This document shows, piece after piece, positions 44,881 through 59,621 of a stretch of 64,000 bases of DNA; the first letter of the stretch is position 1, and every line of letters begins with the position of its first letter. The stretch comes from the human T2T-CHM13v2.0 reference genome, Homo sapiens. The stretch lies in the NCBI RefSeq assembly GCF_009914755.1, contig NC_060925.1. One strand, written 5' to 3'. The notes under the pieces are model-generated. The model saw nothing but the letters and a program-made list of their open reading frames with translations. It made no database searches and was not told where the DNA came from. The position numbers and the translations under genes are program-made.

Positions 44881-46139
44881 GAGACATGCAGGACAAAAGA
44901 ATTTTGAGCAGGAAACCTAGGTAAGAGGACCATTATGTTATATTTGCCTTGCTATCAGATCTAACATAGCAATACGGACGCAGTGGGGGCATCCACTTCT
45001 GACAAAACCTGAGTTTAAGACCAGTGCTCACTTGGAACTTTGATCTTGAAGTGAAGCACAGAATGGAGTTCCCATTATCCGTGAAAAGGAGTAGTCATCT
45101 GGTTCCCTATCATGTCAATTTTTTTTCCATGTCTCGTAGCTCTTACAGCGAATTCTGATCTCTGGCTTTCCTGTTTCCTATACCGCTTTCATCCTCACCT
45201 ACTGAGACCCTAGCTCTTCATAGAGTTGGTTCTCAGGCCCTTTCCTGGCCTGGAGCCATGCAGCTGAGGGGATTGTTTCCAGTCAGCCTGGGCGTTGAGC
45301 CCTGTTGCTGCTGAGCTGTAGGTGGGAAGGCTGGTTTCCAAGCTAAGAAAAGGAAGTGAATTGTTCGGCAAAGGATGCAGAACTGGGGAGGGCTGGGGAA
45401 CACATCTGCAAGGTTTTGCTTGCCCTTCTGCTTAGCCTCCAAACATGGTGATTTACCTTTTTTATAAAGCACTTCTAATGTCAAGAGGTAATAGTTAACT
45501 TGGGAAGGAGTTTTAACTGGCAAATCATAGGAATGCTTCAGAAGTGGTGGGCGGGGGGAAAGGACTATAGAGGACATGTGTGTTGCAGAGATGTTGCTGG
45601 GTTGTTGGAAGTCAATAGGGAGTCCTCTTGACTGGAAGCCCGCAGATGTGGGTGTTCTCCGGAGCCCTCGTGTTGGTCATAGTGTAGAAAAACCTTGTCT
45701 GAGATCCTTTTTGTGTTGGGACTTTGGTTATTGCTGTTTCATATCACATCATGTCCCCTGCGTATATGCTCATGACCTCTAATGGGGTGTCATCATCACC
45801 CTAGAGTTCACATGGGGAAAGGGTTACCTCCTCTCTTGGTTGAGAATATGGGTCAGATGTCTTAGCTTTCCTGGTTGAGGGCCTCCCTCGACCTTGTTCC
45901 CTGCACAGCTATTACTCTGTACCTATGGATCTTCCTTGGGCCACTCACACAGATAGCCAGTGTGGCTCCCACCTTGGGAGTTGTATCCTTGAGCTAAGTT
46001 TTTTTTCAAGTGGGCTTTCACCAGAAGCTAGAAAGCAAAAATATTGCAGGAATATAACATGGTACCTGCTATTCTTCTATACTCTAGATTATCTAAGTTC
46101 CAGCCTCATATTACATCAGATAATAATATCTAACCTGTT

Positions 46140-46370
46140 TTGATTAGTTGCTATATGCCTGAGACTGTTCAAAGCTCTTTACATGAATGATCTAACTTTA
46201 TTCCCACAGCAGCCCTGTGAGGTAGGTGCTGTTATGCTCTTCATTTTATAGGTGGGAAAATGGGGCCTAAAGGTACATAATGTGTGTAAAGACTCAACAA
46301 GTAATGGAGTCAGAACTGAACCCAGAGGGTCTGACTGTGGAGCTCACACTCTTACCCACTCCATTATACT
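46140..46370 (-). mobile_element. MIR
   Basis: cacagcagccctgtgaggtaggtgctgtt...ttttataggtgggaaaat...tgaacccagagggtctgact. Confidence 0.7.
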
Positions 46371-48623
46371 ATTGTTGTTGGCTCATGAGGAAGTTATGTA
46401 ACTCAGAAGTTGCTTTGTTTTCCAAGACCCATTTGTAACTGGGTTCTGCTGTAATTATTACATGGGTATGAAGAGCTCCTTAACTCCGAATGGCCCAAAT
46501 CACTTTAACATAGATTTTCCTTTTTTCCTCATAGTATCTTTTTGTAGTTAATATTGACTCAATTTTGTAGTTGAAGAAGAAAAGGCCCAAGGAAGTAAAT
46601 CACCCTTGGTCACACAGTGAATCAATGATGCCACTGAAATTAGAAACAGGCTTCCTCCTTCTCAGGCCAGGACTTTGAACGCTAAACCCTATTACACAAA
46701 ACTCATAAGAAAGATACGTGAGCCTTTCTGGACTTGAGTTTTCTCTAGCCATCAAATAAGATGAAAGGCATCTCAGGAGTGCTGATTGTTGTGTGTGAAG
46801 TGACATCATCTTTAAGGAACAAATTCTCTGTGACTGGGAAGGATTGTCAGGATTGTGGTGGAGGGACCCTAGCACTCTTCAGACCCATGCTAGAAAGGAG
46901 GGATGGGAGTGGGTCTTTTCCTCACTGTGAGCATCCAGTGGAGATGCTTGCTAATAACATGGGCATTCCTTGTTTCCCCTCCTTGGGGGATATAATGATA
47001 GTATTCATTTGCAGGGCCTTTTGCCTCTCGAGAAGACTCTTGCATGGTCTCTTGACCTCTCCCGTGGAGTGGATGTCATCCTCCTGTCATTTTCTTCTAG
47101 CTCTAGGAGTATATGGCTGTCTGCCCTGATTACCAGTGACTGCACTTATTAATGCATCAGTGCGTGAAGTGCTGGTGATTAACAGGAGCTGCAGGCATCT
47201 CCCCATTATCTTCATGGGCAGCTCCTTGAAATAATTTTGCCTGCAATCACAGCTCGATTGGTTTGGGTTAGGAGAAATAATTTCCTCCTATAATGCTGTC
47301 ACTATCAAATTGGGGGCCACAGCTGTGAAGTTGAACTGTCCTTTAGAGGTTGCAATGGATTTTGAATGATGATGACAGCCATGTGCTAAAGAATAAGTCA
47401 CTTGCCTGGTCAAACTTACGAGATGAAAGATAGGAAAGTTCTAAAGTTAGGGAAAGAGTCTGTTTTTTATACTTTAGGTTGAGTTGGGAAGTCAAAATGC
47501 AGGAATCATGGGTCTCAGAACTCATCTAGTCTGAATCACTCTCTTTGTGGATGAGAAAATCAATACTGAGAAAGGAGAATTAACTGTCCACAGTCACCCA
47601 GTTGGTTCTGACAGCACTGGGATTGTAACTCAGACTTCTTTTCTCTGGGGTACTATGTTTCATGGACTAGCAGAGTAGAAGGAAAAACACAGCTATCTGT
47701 TGGAAACTTTAAGATGCAGTATGTCCTGTCAATGTAGAAAATCACACCTGCTTTGAAACTAAACTTTCCTTATACTGAGCAATATTCTGATGTCCAAGGC
47801 ATCACCTCAACCAAATTATATAATCAAAGCCACTAAATAATGTGTTGGACAAAAACCTAACCCATCTACCATTTCAGAGCCTTAGTACTGTAGATCCTAC
47901 TGTATGTAGAAGTCCAAATATAAATGTATTTTCATGCTTTGGCATTGTAAATTCCATAGATTAAGATCATTTGATAGATATAAGCTGAATCTTTTACTAA
48001 GATTCCCCCCAACCCAAAAAAATACATTAAAGAAACATGACATTCAGTTCTGTTTTTGTTGAGATTCTGTGGCAGTTAAGGTCAAGACAAGGACATTATC
48101 TTGTATTGCTGTGATAGATAAGAATTATAAATCTGTGAGCTGTCCCACAGCTGACCTCATGGACTTCAGTTCTCTAAAATTCAGAACCACTTGTCAGTCA
48201 AATTTGAGTACCCAAAAGAGATGGGGGAGAGGGGGAGTGGAGGAGGGGACAGGGGAATAGTAAACTAGAGAGCTGGTAGACCATTAAAGAACCTTACTTG
48301 AAAGATGTGTGCCCCCATTATTCTCTTTTCTCCTCTTATTATTGTCATTGTCATCATCATCTTCATCTGGTATTTTGTACTTATACTCTCTACTTGCTTA
48401 TCTGGTGACTCTTAATCCTCTTTGTAAGTTGTAAAGTAAAGAGAGAGCTTCTTCCAGGACAGTGAAATTCAGAACAGTGCCCAAAATTATTTATCAAATC
48501 AGCTATAGAATATGACTAATAAGAACCATTCTTTACATGCATATGGCACTTAAAGATTCCCAAATTTTATAGGACCAACCAACTACAAAGTCGTTAAGAA
48601 AGAGAATAGAAAATAAAATCATG

Positions 48624-48703
48624 GTCTATGGCCATACCACCTTGAATGTGTCTGATCTCATTAGCTAAGCAGGGTGGGGTCTGGTGTGTACTTTGATGGG
48701 AGA
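48624..48703 (+). pseudogene. 5S rRNA retropseudogene, 3'-truncated, no poly(A)
   Basis: gtctatggccataccaccttgaa...agctaagcagggtggggtctggtgtgtactttgatgggaga aligns by eye to 5S nt 1-~90; flanked by 16-bp direct repeat agaaaataaaatcatg (48608-48623, 48701-48716). Confidence 0.93.
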
Positions 48704-51700
48704 AAATAAAATCATGATTGACTATAATTTTTCTATGGGCCAGTGAGGTACAGGAATCAACCTTTTGATTTATGTCTTCCTAAAGCTACCACTGTCGGCT
48801 TTTGTTTGCTTTCGGGTGTACAACCCACAGTGATTGTGAATATAGTGTTATTTTCATGACCATTGCCACAGTTCATCAAATGTTGACTCCTGCTAAGTAT
48901 GAAGTTGATACCCACATTAGGTGTGCTGAGGAGAACAGCTGTTCATTGCATTTGGACTTAACTTTGGTTCTGGCTTGAGGGATGTCCTAGGGTTGTGGGA
49001 GAAGGAGCTGTGTCAGCGTGAAAAGATGGGTGGTTTGAAGAAACATTGCTGTGTGTATAAGGTAAGTGTATACAGTTTTAAGCTCCCTTTCCAGCTGTAT
49101 TTTCACAAAATTGCCTGTAGTTGACACTCCCATGAGCAGGCTCTCCATCTGGAGCTAAGAGCCACTCTGAGGTTAGAGATCCCTTTCCAGCTTTGAAAAT
49201 ATCACAGCAACCATATCCAGCCTAATCTTGACAATGAAGAGCCCACAAATGCTTTTGGGCTGCTAATAGAAAATGGCTTTTGGACGAGAAGATTTGATCC
49301 GTGTGGCAAAGCACTTTTATGGGCTTATGTAAAACTAAACTGGATTTGTACAGAAATAATGCAGTATAATGATGCTTTTTTTAAAAAAAAAAAATCTAGT
49401 AAATTCCAGAGAATGGCCAGATTTTGGAACTCAAAAAGGCTGCTTTCTCAAGGTTCCACTTGTTTACTCTTTGTACCTCACTGCCTTCAATCTTTAAACC
49501 TCCACTTTAGTCTCCAAAGGCCTGTATGTCGTCATGAGGTGGGAGCAACTGCGTCACTGTGATCTAGAAGACCCACAGACAAGCATTCATAAAAACTTCT
49601 GGAAGGGACTTTTTAAAGCTGCTATTTACCAGAGTTCTCCCTCTTGGGTGCAGACATGGCTAATTAATGATAAAATCCCAGCGTGTGTGATTCTTGCATT
49701 TTGGGGTTGAAGGCAGAACCAGTTTTCTTGCCCTGCAGGCCAGAAGGTGGGGTAACTAAGTGGGGTAGGCCTAGCAGACAGGAGCCAGCATGGCTGTGCA
49801 GAAAGCAGATGGTGAAGACACAGCCCCTCCCAGGCACAGGCTGCCTCTACTGACCACCTTTAAGTAATCACCTCCCTAACGAGGTCCCCATATAGAATCC
49901 TCTAAAAGTAGACTTTTTAATGGTGAAGCAAGGAGAGCCTAAAAGGTCAAGGGACATCAGAACTCACATAGCCATTTATGAGTACAGTGAGGAGCTGTTT
50001 AGCCCCTTCTGACTCCCTGAGTGGTAGATAGGAAGGGCAATTCTTTTATGTGTATGTATGTAGTCATTCTGTGAAACAGTTAGAGTAGCTTGATTATGTG
50101 TTCCAGTGCAGAGGGCTCTTTATGAAACATGCTACAGTGTCCTTTTACTGTGAATAGAAATATAACCTTCACATTAAAGGAGTAAAATAAAGGATAAATT
50201 AAACCATTTAATTTATTAATTTAATTATTAAACTGTTTACCACTCAGTATGCAGATCTAGAACTCTTAATGCAACAATTTCCTCACATGTAGAAACTATC
50301 ATACTAGCTCAGACCAAAGATCCATTTGGCTCAGGAATTTTCCTGTGCTGCTATGGTGGAGGCTATGCTATCTGATGCACAGCCTTTTGGATGTTAGCAT
50401 ACATAAGTAAGAGGTGATTCCCTTAGTCGCTTTATGTTTCTACTATGATAAAAATTGTTCCACCTTTCCTGCACTGCTTTTTCTTTTCTGTCTTAATTGC
50501 CCCTTGGTGCAGTGAATTCCATAGTCAGGATAAAACATTTCTTGAGCATTTACTATATGCCAGGCACTGTGGTAGGTGCTATCATATATTCAGTTTTTCA
50601 GTGCAGTTACAGAAATACCGTAGAGAACAACGGGTGGAGGGAGGATAGGAAGGAAATGGGAGGCTGAAGGATGGGATGCCCTTTCCAGCATGGGGAAGGC
50701 AGAACCAGTAAACCTAAAGTCTGCATTTCCTACTTTTTCAGGGGAATCAGGTAGAGGTTAGGGTCAGCTGCTGATCCTAGTAAAAAATACTAGTAAAATG
50801 TAAAAATGAAGTGTTATCAATATTAACCATTAAAACCAGCCTACTTCCTTACAGCCACTTTGGGCTTATAGATGGTTGAATATGTGAGTATGTTCCACAT
50901 GTTTGTCCTTGATAAAGGTGGCAGAATAGAGATTTGAGCTGGAGTCTATATTCTTAAGATGCTCAGTTCTGAGCATAGCCCATCATCCATTGTCATCTTG
51001 TGATGCCTGAGAAATACAGGTCCTCTGTGAAGTCATTCTCCCACCACCTTTATCCTCTTATTTAAATCTGAGGGATTCCTTCCAAAGATAAATTTAGAAA
51101 TTCGATTCCTACCCCTGTCTAATCCCATAGATCAGGGACATTTGTTTGAGGATCTTTAAATTTTTAATATCATCTTAAAAGCTGGTTAAAGGAAGTATCT
51201 GTGATTTACAGAGATGATGGAATTTGTAACACGTCCTCCTTAGGAAAACCTGAGATGTTATAGGAACAAACTCAGTAGTGAATTTAGAATTTTCTATATA
51301 ACTGTATTTTAAAGGGGGAACTGTATTTTAATCTGTACCCTGGGAATGAAACCGACGGGAAAAGACTAACTCAGTCTTTGCAGATATTTATTCAGTATGA
51401 GATATCTGGGTTAATTCATGTAAGAGAAGAAAGTAATGGAATTAAACACTTAATCTCTACATATCATTTGGACTTACCATATTTTATTGTTACAACCTAA
51501 AACATTTACCTTTTTTACCTTTTGTAAAGATACCTGGGGGAGCAAAATTCCCAAGAGTCAGAGAAGAAAGTAGAGGAAGGTTTCTGTATAGTGGACACTG
51601 GTAGGACAGTGGTAGGCAGAATAAAGTCATACCTAAGGTTTAGTAAACTAGTAACGAGCTTTGCCGTAGACGATTAACCATAGGCAGTCTGCTCTTACTC

Positions 51701-52524
51701 TCATAAAAGGAATAGGAACCAAAAAATCTCAAGGCCTAGGGGAATAACAGTTTCGGATGTAGGAGCCTTTACTTCTCCCTTTTCACCTGAGAGTTAAGCT
51801 TCCTGGCACAGCCTCCTAAGCACAGCACAGCTTGGTGGCTAAAGGAAATGTAGAAAGCTGGAGTGTTCCTAGCCCACATTTGTTAGGGACTGTGTCTTCT
51901 AAATCACGCCTTTTTGTGTGTTTTGGGAGTGGGAAGTGTAGGGGCTTCTTGCTTAGGACTGATGCCTACTGCTTCTCAACTTCCTGTGCAGATAGAACAG
52001 TCATGTCTTACACACCGCAAGCCTATGGTATGAGAAGGGGCCTAAGCCTGCCCTGTGGACACAGGAGGAAATTAAGGGTAGATGTAGAAAACAGAGGTTC
52101 TGATTCGCCACTGGGTGATGGTGGACCCCACAGAAGTTACCCATCTCCTCCTGCTTCGCTTAAGGTTCTTATCTCCCAGAAGTGTCAGGATATTTCAGGT
52201 GAGAGACCAATGGAGAATATCTCTGGAGTTAGTCTAATGGCTAAGAAAGGTTAGAGCTGTAAAACAATTACTTCTAGGAGTAGATTTGAACTGAAGAATA
52301 TAGGGAGCAGTAGAGTTGACTGAGATCTCAAATTGACATGTAGATGATAATTAGTCAAGATGCCTTTCACATTAATATGGATGCTCTGGCCTGAAATAAG
52401 CAGAAGGAACATAGAAATGACTCCAGGCTTGAGGAGAAGCAATTCTAGAAGTTATACCCAGCAGAGAATGGACTACAGCAGTTGTTCCATGCACAGGGTT
52501 CCAAGGTCCCTAGGAGTTCACAAA

Positions 52525-52619
52525 GATAGTAATAAGAAAGATGAGCTCATTGTAATATGAGCTTCATTTATACATTTCATATTACCATTAGCTCATCTTT
52601 TTTATTACTACCTTCAACA
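52525..52619 (+). ncRNA. MIR556: pre-miRNA hairpin mir-556 (5p ~52540-52561, 3p ~52579-52600), intronic, same strand as host
   Basis: Long stem: tagtaataagaaagatgagct...agctcatcttttttattacta; arms GATGAGCTCATTGTAATATGAG and ATATTACCATTAGCTCATCTTT match recalled miR-556-5p/3p; MIR556 is known to be NOS1AP-intronic. Confidence 0.92.
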
Positions 52620-53813
52620 AGGCCTTCTAGACTTATCAAAACACTGGATATCAGTTAGGTAATGTAATACCAGCTACCTCATGCTGATGAAAAGCCCTAC
52701 TTGATTGCTGCCATTACCTGGGGTGGGTGGGAGGTGGATGTGATTGATGGACTATATGGTGTCAACAGGTGGCCATGGCTGACCTGAAGTCAGATCATCC
52801 AAAACACGATGAATGTTAGACTTGAGTATAGGGTGACAATCACAATTAGATTAAATTGTAGCCCATGGTGGTGGGATGCTTGAGGCCCACTGAGGTAAGA
52901 GAAGCAGTGTGCTGAGCCCTTCCCAGCCTGAGCTCTGAAACTCTAAATAAACCACATCACTCATTTCTGTCCTTGAAAGAAAGCAAAAGCTGACATCTTC
53001 AAACCATAATCAGTTATCCACCTTTGAGGCCATGCCCTGGAACCCCTGCATGTGGCTCTTCCTCACAGCCTGCATGGGTGGCCTAAGACTCTACATAGGA
53101 GCAGGCTTCTTTGTCCTCTCTCTCTTCTCCTAGTTAAATGGTGGAATACTGGGAACTAGGGTCAAGTTCTCTTCTTGGGCTCTTAAAGCAAGAGATTAAA
53201 TACCAAAACAAAAGAAAGGAAGGAGCCACAGAATAGACCCAAGAACGTGAGGTCTTTGGAGTAAGTCTGGGAAAGTGTCACCTTAGATTTAGTTGGCTGC
53301 CAACTAGTAGTGTTCCAGAGGAGCTGGGTGCTGAGCTTCCATTGGTTTCTGCTGTTTAGGCCATGGCTTCCAAGCCTCATGTTACCACTGCCCTTGGTCT
53401 GCAGGAGCTCCAGGGAAACTCAACATTTGCAGCAGCATTCAAAAAAGAAAAAAATGATAGCCGAGTTCCTCTTAGTTTGATGGACCCATTGAACATTTTA
53501 TCATGGCTGGCAAAAGATTCTGAAGCATATTGACTACTTCTGTTACACATGGGAGGGAAGAATTGGGGCTAAGTCCATAACTGGCATATTTGCTATCTGT
53601 CCTTTCAGTTGACTGATTGTTTCAGCACTGTGGTGACAGTTTCTGTTTTCTGGAGTATTTCAGAAAGGGGAAATGTCTTTGCACTCATTTGTATGTGCAT
53701 ATCTGAGCAACTTTAGATTTTTCTGTCTCTTTCTTTGGCTGCTTCATGAGTTTCTATCCACATGCCCCTTGCGCATCCTCACCCACCCTGTTCTTCTCCT
53801 TTCTCCTTCCCAG

Positions 53814-53955
53814 AGCCAAGCTATGAGAATCGTTCGGACGGTGGGGCAGGCCTTTGAGGTCTGCCACAAGCTGAGCCTGCAGCACACGCAGCAGAATGCA
53901 GATGGCCAGGAAGATGGAGAGAGTGAGAGGAACAGCAACAGCTCAGGAGACCCAG
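53814..53955 (+). CDS. NOS1AP: NOS1AP coding exon: [47 protein letters not shown](G)
   Basis: Long pyrimidine tract ending ccttcccag|AGC, donor CAG|gtaggc; 142 nt (47 codons + 1 nt); contains the PTB C-terminal helix motif [11 protein letters not shown]. Confidence 0.97.
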
Positions 53956-54391
53956 GTAGGCACTGCGGCTTCTGTGGATGTGGGTGGGAAGGCAGTGCAC
54001 ACAGTAGGCTCTGGTGGATCACTGCCCTGACCCCCAGGCTGTGAACTCATTTTAAGAAACATTTTATTTTTTCCGTTTCTCTCTAAATTCTAGATTCTCT
54101 TTAAGGAACACGTATTACTTTTATAACAGAAATTAAAGATGTTTAAATTATTAAATGAGGAAGTATTTAAACTGGATATCAGGGAGAGGTAGAGCTGCTA
54201 TACTACCAAATCTGACTTCAAAGAAGTTTTCAGTAAAAAAGCACCCCCATAAAACAAATTAGAAAGAACATAAATTTATAATTACCTAGTTTGTTTTATT
54301 AAATTTCTAACTTCTGTAGTTCTATAAGCCCTCAATATGGATAGTATTTTAATATCCCCAACTTTCAAGCCTCATTAAAAGTCAGGAAGGA

Positions 54392-54701
<310 letters not shown>

Positions 54702-55128
54702 TCAGGAAGGAGACAATAAATGTGAAAAAATGAAGTATGGGCAAGAAAAAGAGCAGATAAAAAAAATATTGTTTATGTTAATTTTTAACATGGGAAACCC
54801 AAGAAAATAAACTGAGAACTATTAGAAATAATAAGAGAATTCAGCTAGAAAGTCAAAGTTCAATAACACATACAGCTATATTTGTGATTTTCATATATTC
54901 CAAGAACAGCTGGTTAGAAGTCATAGTGGAGGAAAAAAATCCATTAAAATAACAATTAAAAAAAAAGATACTTATGAATAATCACAATAAAAATGTGTTT
55001 GTTACCTACGAAAAAATCTTAAACAAATGGAAAGGCATGCCATATTCTTGGATGGGAAAGCTCAACATCATAAAAATGTTAATTCTCTCTTTGTTTATCT
55101 ATAAATTTAACATGACAATACAGATTTC

Positions 55129-55430
55129 TTTTTTTTTTTCTTTTATTATTATACTTTAAGTTTTAGGGTACATGTGCACATTGTGCAGGTTAGTTACATA
55201 TGTATACATGTGCCGTGCTGGTGCGCTGCACCCACTAACTCATCATCTAGCATTAGGTATATCTCCCAAAGCTATCCCTCCCCCCTCCCCCCACCCCACA
55301 ACAGTCCCCAGAGTGTGATGTTCCCCTTCCTGTGTCCATGTGATCTCATTGTTCAATTCCCACCTATGAGTGAGAATATGCGGTGTTTGGTTTTTTGTTC
55401 TTGCGATAGTTTACTGAGAATGATGATTTC
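55129..55430 (-). mobile_element. Short 5'-truncated L1PA2-like 3' end
   Basis: Near-identical to 21586-21867; poly(T) tail; apparent 7-bp TSD gatttct (55123-55129 / 55425-55431). Confidence 0.93.
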
Positions 55431-55634
55431 TAACAGCAAAAGAGGTACCACAGTAAGCTACAGTATTCAAAACTCATGGGATATAGCTAAAGCAGCACTC
55501 AGAGGAAAATTCAAAGGTTTAGTTATTTACGTTAACAGATGACAAATCATGAAAGTCAAATGAATTAAGCATCCCACTCAAAAAGTTAAAAAACAACAAA
55601 AGAAATGCTAGTCTGCAAATGGCAGCATTGCAAA

Positions 55635-55860
55635 GTGGCTCAGAGAGAAGACCTTTGCTTTGCATTGTAGCTGCACCAGTCACTGCCTGTGTGATCTTGG
55701 GCAAGTTCCATAACCTCTCTGTGCTTTAGTTTACTCTTCTGAAAAACAGAAATAGTAGTACTGTGCACTTCAGAATTATTGTCATAATTAGATAAACTGA
55801 TACTTTTAAAATGCTGAGCCTGGTGCTTGGCACAGAGTATGCACCACATACATGTATGCT
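55635..55860 (+). mobile_element. MIR
   Basis: ctgtgtgatcttgggcaagttccataacctctctgtgctttagttt core. Confidence 0.75.
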
Positions 55861-58767
55861 ATTATTTTTAAGTAAATATGTGAAAATTTAAAAAAACAAG
55901 AATAGAAAAAATCCTGGAAAAGATGAATGATAGCAGAGGAGGAGTGGCTTTCCAGTAAAACTGTGCTTATAATAGGTAAAACTCATGTTCAAATAAGTGC
56001 CTGAGTGGATCAGAATGGAAACTCATATACAAACCCAGATGTGTTTGCAAATTTAGTGTATGATAGAGAGGGAATCCCTATGGAGAAAAATGTGGAAATC
56101 TTTATTGAATTTGAAAATTCATATGCCTTTTGACCCCCAAATTTCCTTCAAATTCCCTTCTAAGAATGAATCCTAAAGGTAAACCCATAAAGGTGTGAAA
56201 TGATTTCTATATAAGTTTACATAGCAAAGAATTTGTTATAGAACCAAAGGATCAGAAACAGCAAGAGGGAACTTTTAAATAAATTACAATACAATATGGT
56301 ACAAATAATGGAATACTGCACAACTATTAAGAAGAATAAGTTAGTTCTCTATGAACTGATTTAAAGCCATCTTCAAGATATTTTGCTTACTTAAAAAAGT
56401 CAAAGTTTAGAATTGTGAATAAAGAAAAAAATAGAATTGTGGGTATGAGGTACTACCAATTGTATTAAAAATGTATAGATTTAAATGTGTGTGTATATGT
56501 AGGTATATATGTATACACATGCATGCACACACACACATTTCTTATGCATGGAATATCTCCAGAATAGTACACAAGAAACTGGTAACTGTGGTTCATCCTG
56601 GGAAAAGGAACTGGGTGGCTGAGGTGGCAGGAAGATTGACTTTTCACTGTACTTTTATGGCCTTTATACTTTGGATATATATTAGTTATAAATCTTGAAA
56701 ACCTGACATTATTTTCATCCTAGTGCTCAGTTTCTATGTGACTAGAGGGAATTACTTTACTTCTCTTTTGGCTTACTCATTTCTATTAAGTAGTGACATT
56801 CTATTACTAATGACAGCATCTCAGTGATCTTGACTCATAAAATATTATCACACAGACGGAGCCTTGCATTTGGTCATGTACCCTTGGCCAGTCTCAGTTT
56901 TAGCAGGCCGTAGTACTAATGTGATGTAAACCTTAACATTTTTCCATCTCTGTGATCTAGGGCTTAGAGATAAAACAGAGAGATAGATAGACTTTGGCGA
57001 ATATTTTATATATCTCTGCTGGTCAATTTTTAGAGCGTAATGGTGACAGTTTCCTATAACTAATATGGAGGACACATCAGACCTCTAGCTGGTTGCTTGG
57101 CTCAAAGAACAGAAACCAATCTGCTCATTTCTGAATTGGAGGATTTGCCGTAAGAACTGCTAGCTGGAGAAGATTGAAGTCTTACATTGTTAACTCTTCT
57201 TTGGTCATGCCCATGCCCCGTTGGTGGCCTGATTGGCAGAGAGCCACATCCTAACTCTCAGAAGCTTTTAAACCCACAGTCACATTGGCAGCCAGTATAC
57301 ACATGTACAAAGAAAGTTTAACCAGAAAGTAAAGGATATTTTCTCTGGTGAAGACACCTATTCCTGGAGTGAAAGCGGTTGGACGCAGAGAGGATGCCCA
57401 GAGGTTGAATGTTTGAACACTGTTATTATCACAGAACAACCATCAGAGGAATTTAATCTAATCTCCAAGTACTTAATCAGAACCTGTCACTCAGCTGCTG
57501 GCCACAGAGGTCAGAGTTATATGGTCTGGCCAGGTGGAGAGAACCACCTGGATAGCATTTTATGTAAACAACACCAAGGGCTAGATCTTATTTCCCTTTT
57601 GCAGTGGGAGCTGCTCTCTCCTTGCACTTCTGGCCCCTGCAGTGGTCTGCTGGGTGGAGTGGGTTTGATGTGATTCACGATTCCCTGGGGACTCAGTGGG
57701 AATTCCATAAGGATCACTTCCTATACTTTTCTTTCAGTACTACTTCCCTCACTCCTCCCATGTTCCCTGAGCTCCTTCCTGCCCTGAACATATAGTAAGT
57801 ATCATGGACTTTTCAGCCACAGTCAACGCCGTTCCCTCTGCCATGGGTCCCTGCCTTCACCTCCATGCAGACATCTTACTCATCCTTCAAGCCCAGCACT
57901 GTCTTCTGGGAAGCCTGACTTTCAGCTCCCACTCTCGTTCAGAAAATTTAAACCCTTTTTTTCTGGGTTCCTGTGTTTTCTTCACTCCTGGCTGATGCCG
58001 TTAACATTAACATTTAGTCCACTGTGTACCAGACATATAGCATAGCGTCCTCTGTCTTTAGTGGAGTGTGAGCTCTGGGAGGGTAGGGACTTCCTAGCAC
58101 AGTAAAGACTTGTTGAATAAACTGACAAACAGAGCCAGTGAGTGTGGCAAGGAGTACATATGTTTTAGTCATTGTCAACAAGTGTTTGTTAAATGCTTAC
58201 TGTATGCCAAAATGAACAGAGATTAAGTAGAGATTTCAACTTTTAAGCAGCCCCTTTTGATGAGGAATGATGACACTTGGTGTCAGGGGAGCAGGTAGAA
58301 ATGAGGTGAGACTGGGAGGCTGAGCAGAGTATTGATGAGAAGGTGGTGACAGTGACCATGAGTACAAATAGAGGCCAGTGTGGTCACACTCCTTGATTGT
58401 AACAGATGGTCAGCTTGGAAATAACAGGCATACCAGCTATGTTTCTCTCTCATTTATATTACCTTTTTGGAGATAGTTTTCCCAAATCACATTACTATAC
58501 GTGAGACCTCAGCTGCTTGGCTTCCGTATACCACTCTTCCTAAGAAAAATGGAATTGATATTCTATGTGAAGAAACGCCTGGGTCCATTCTAAAAAAGCC
58601 CATCAGGCCCAGGATAGTTTCTTCAAGGTTTAAGATGTCCAACAGAGCACTGAGTCTCTGCAAGGAGATCAAGCATGGGCTGGATGTGTTAAATAATATA
58701 AAGGGAGGCAGCAAGGGCTCTCCCCTGCTCGTGTAGGTGAGGAGAGGACCTGTGGGGTGATGGAAAT

Positions 58768-59379
<612 letters not shown>

Positions 59380-59621
59380 GAAATGAAGAGACAGAATGGC
59401 ATGATGGAGAGAGAGTTGGAGCCATGGGCTAGAGGAGCCACTGAGGGTTTGGGTTCCAGCACTGGAACCACTGGGACTTGAATCCTGACTCTACCACCTT
59501 TCAGCTGGCTAATCCTCGGCAAATTTCATGCTCTCTCTGGAGCTTCGTTTTCTCATCTCTCTGGTATTGTGAGAGAATGTATGTAAAGCAGCATAATGCC
59601 TAGCATATAATATGCTCTCCG

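Larger units (their letters stand above)
54715..56690 (+). mobile_element. Mosaic of old L1M ORF2/3' fragments (interrupted by L1PA2 and MIR)
   Basis: ORF 54974..55159 LNKWKGMPYSWMGKLNIIKM is a degenerate L1 ORF2 motif; 55460-55520 WDIAKAALRGKF; L1ME-like 3' end near 56300-56660. Confidence 0.7.
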
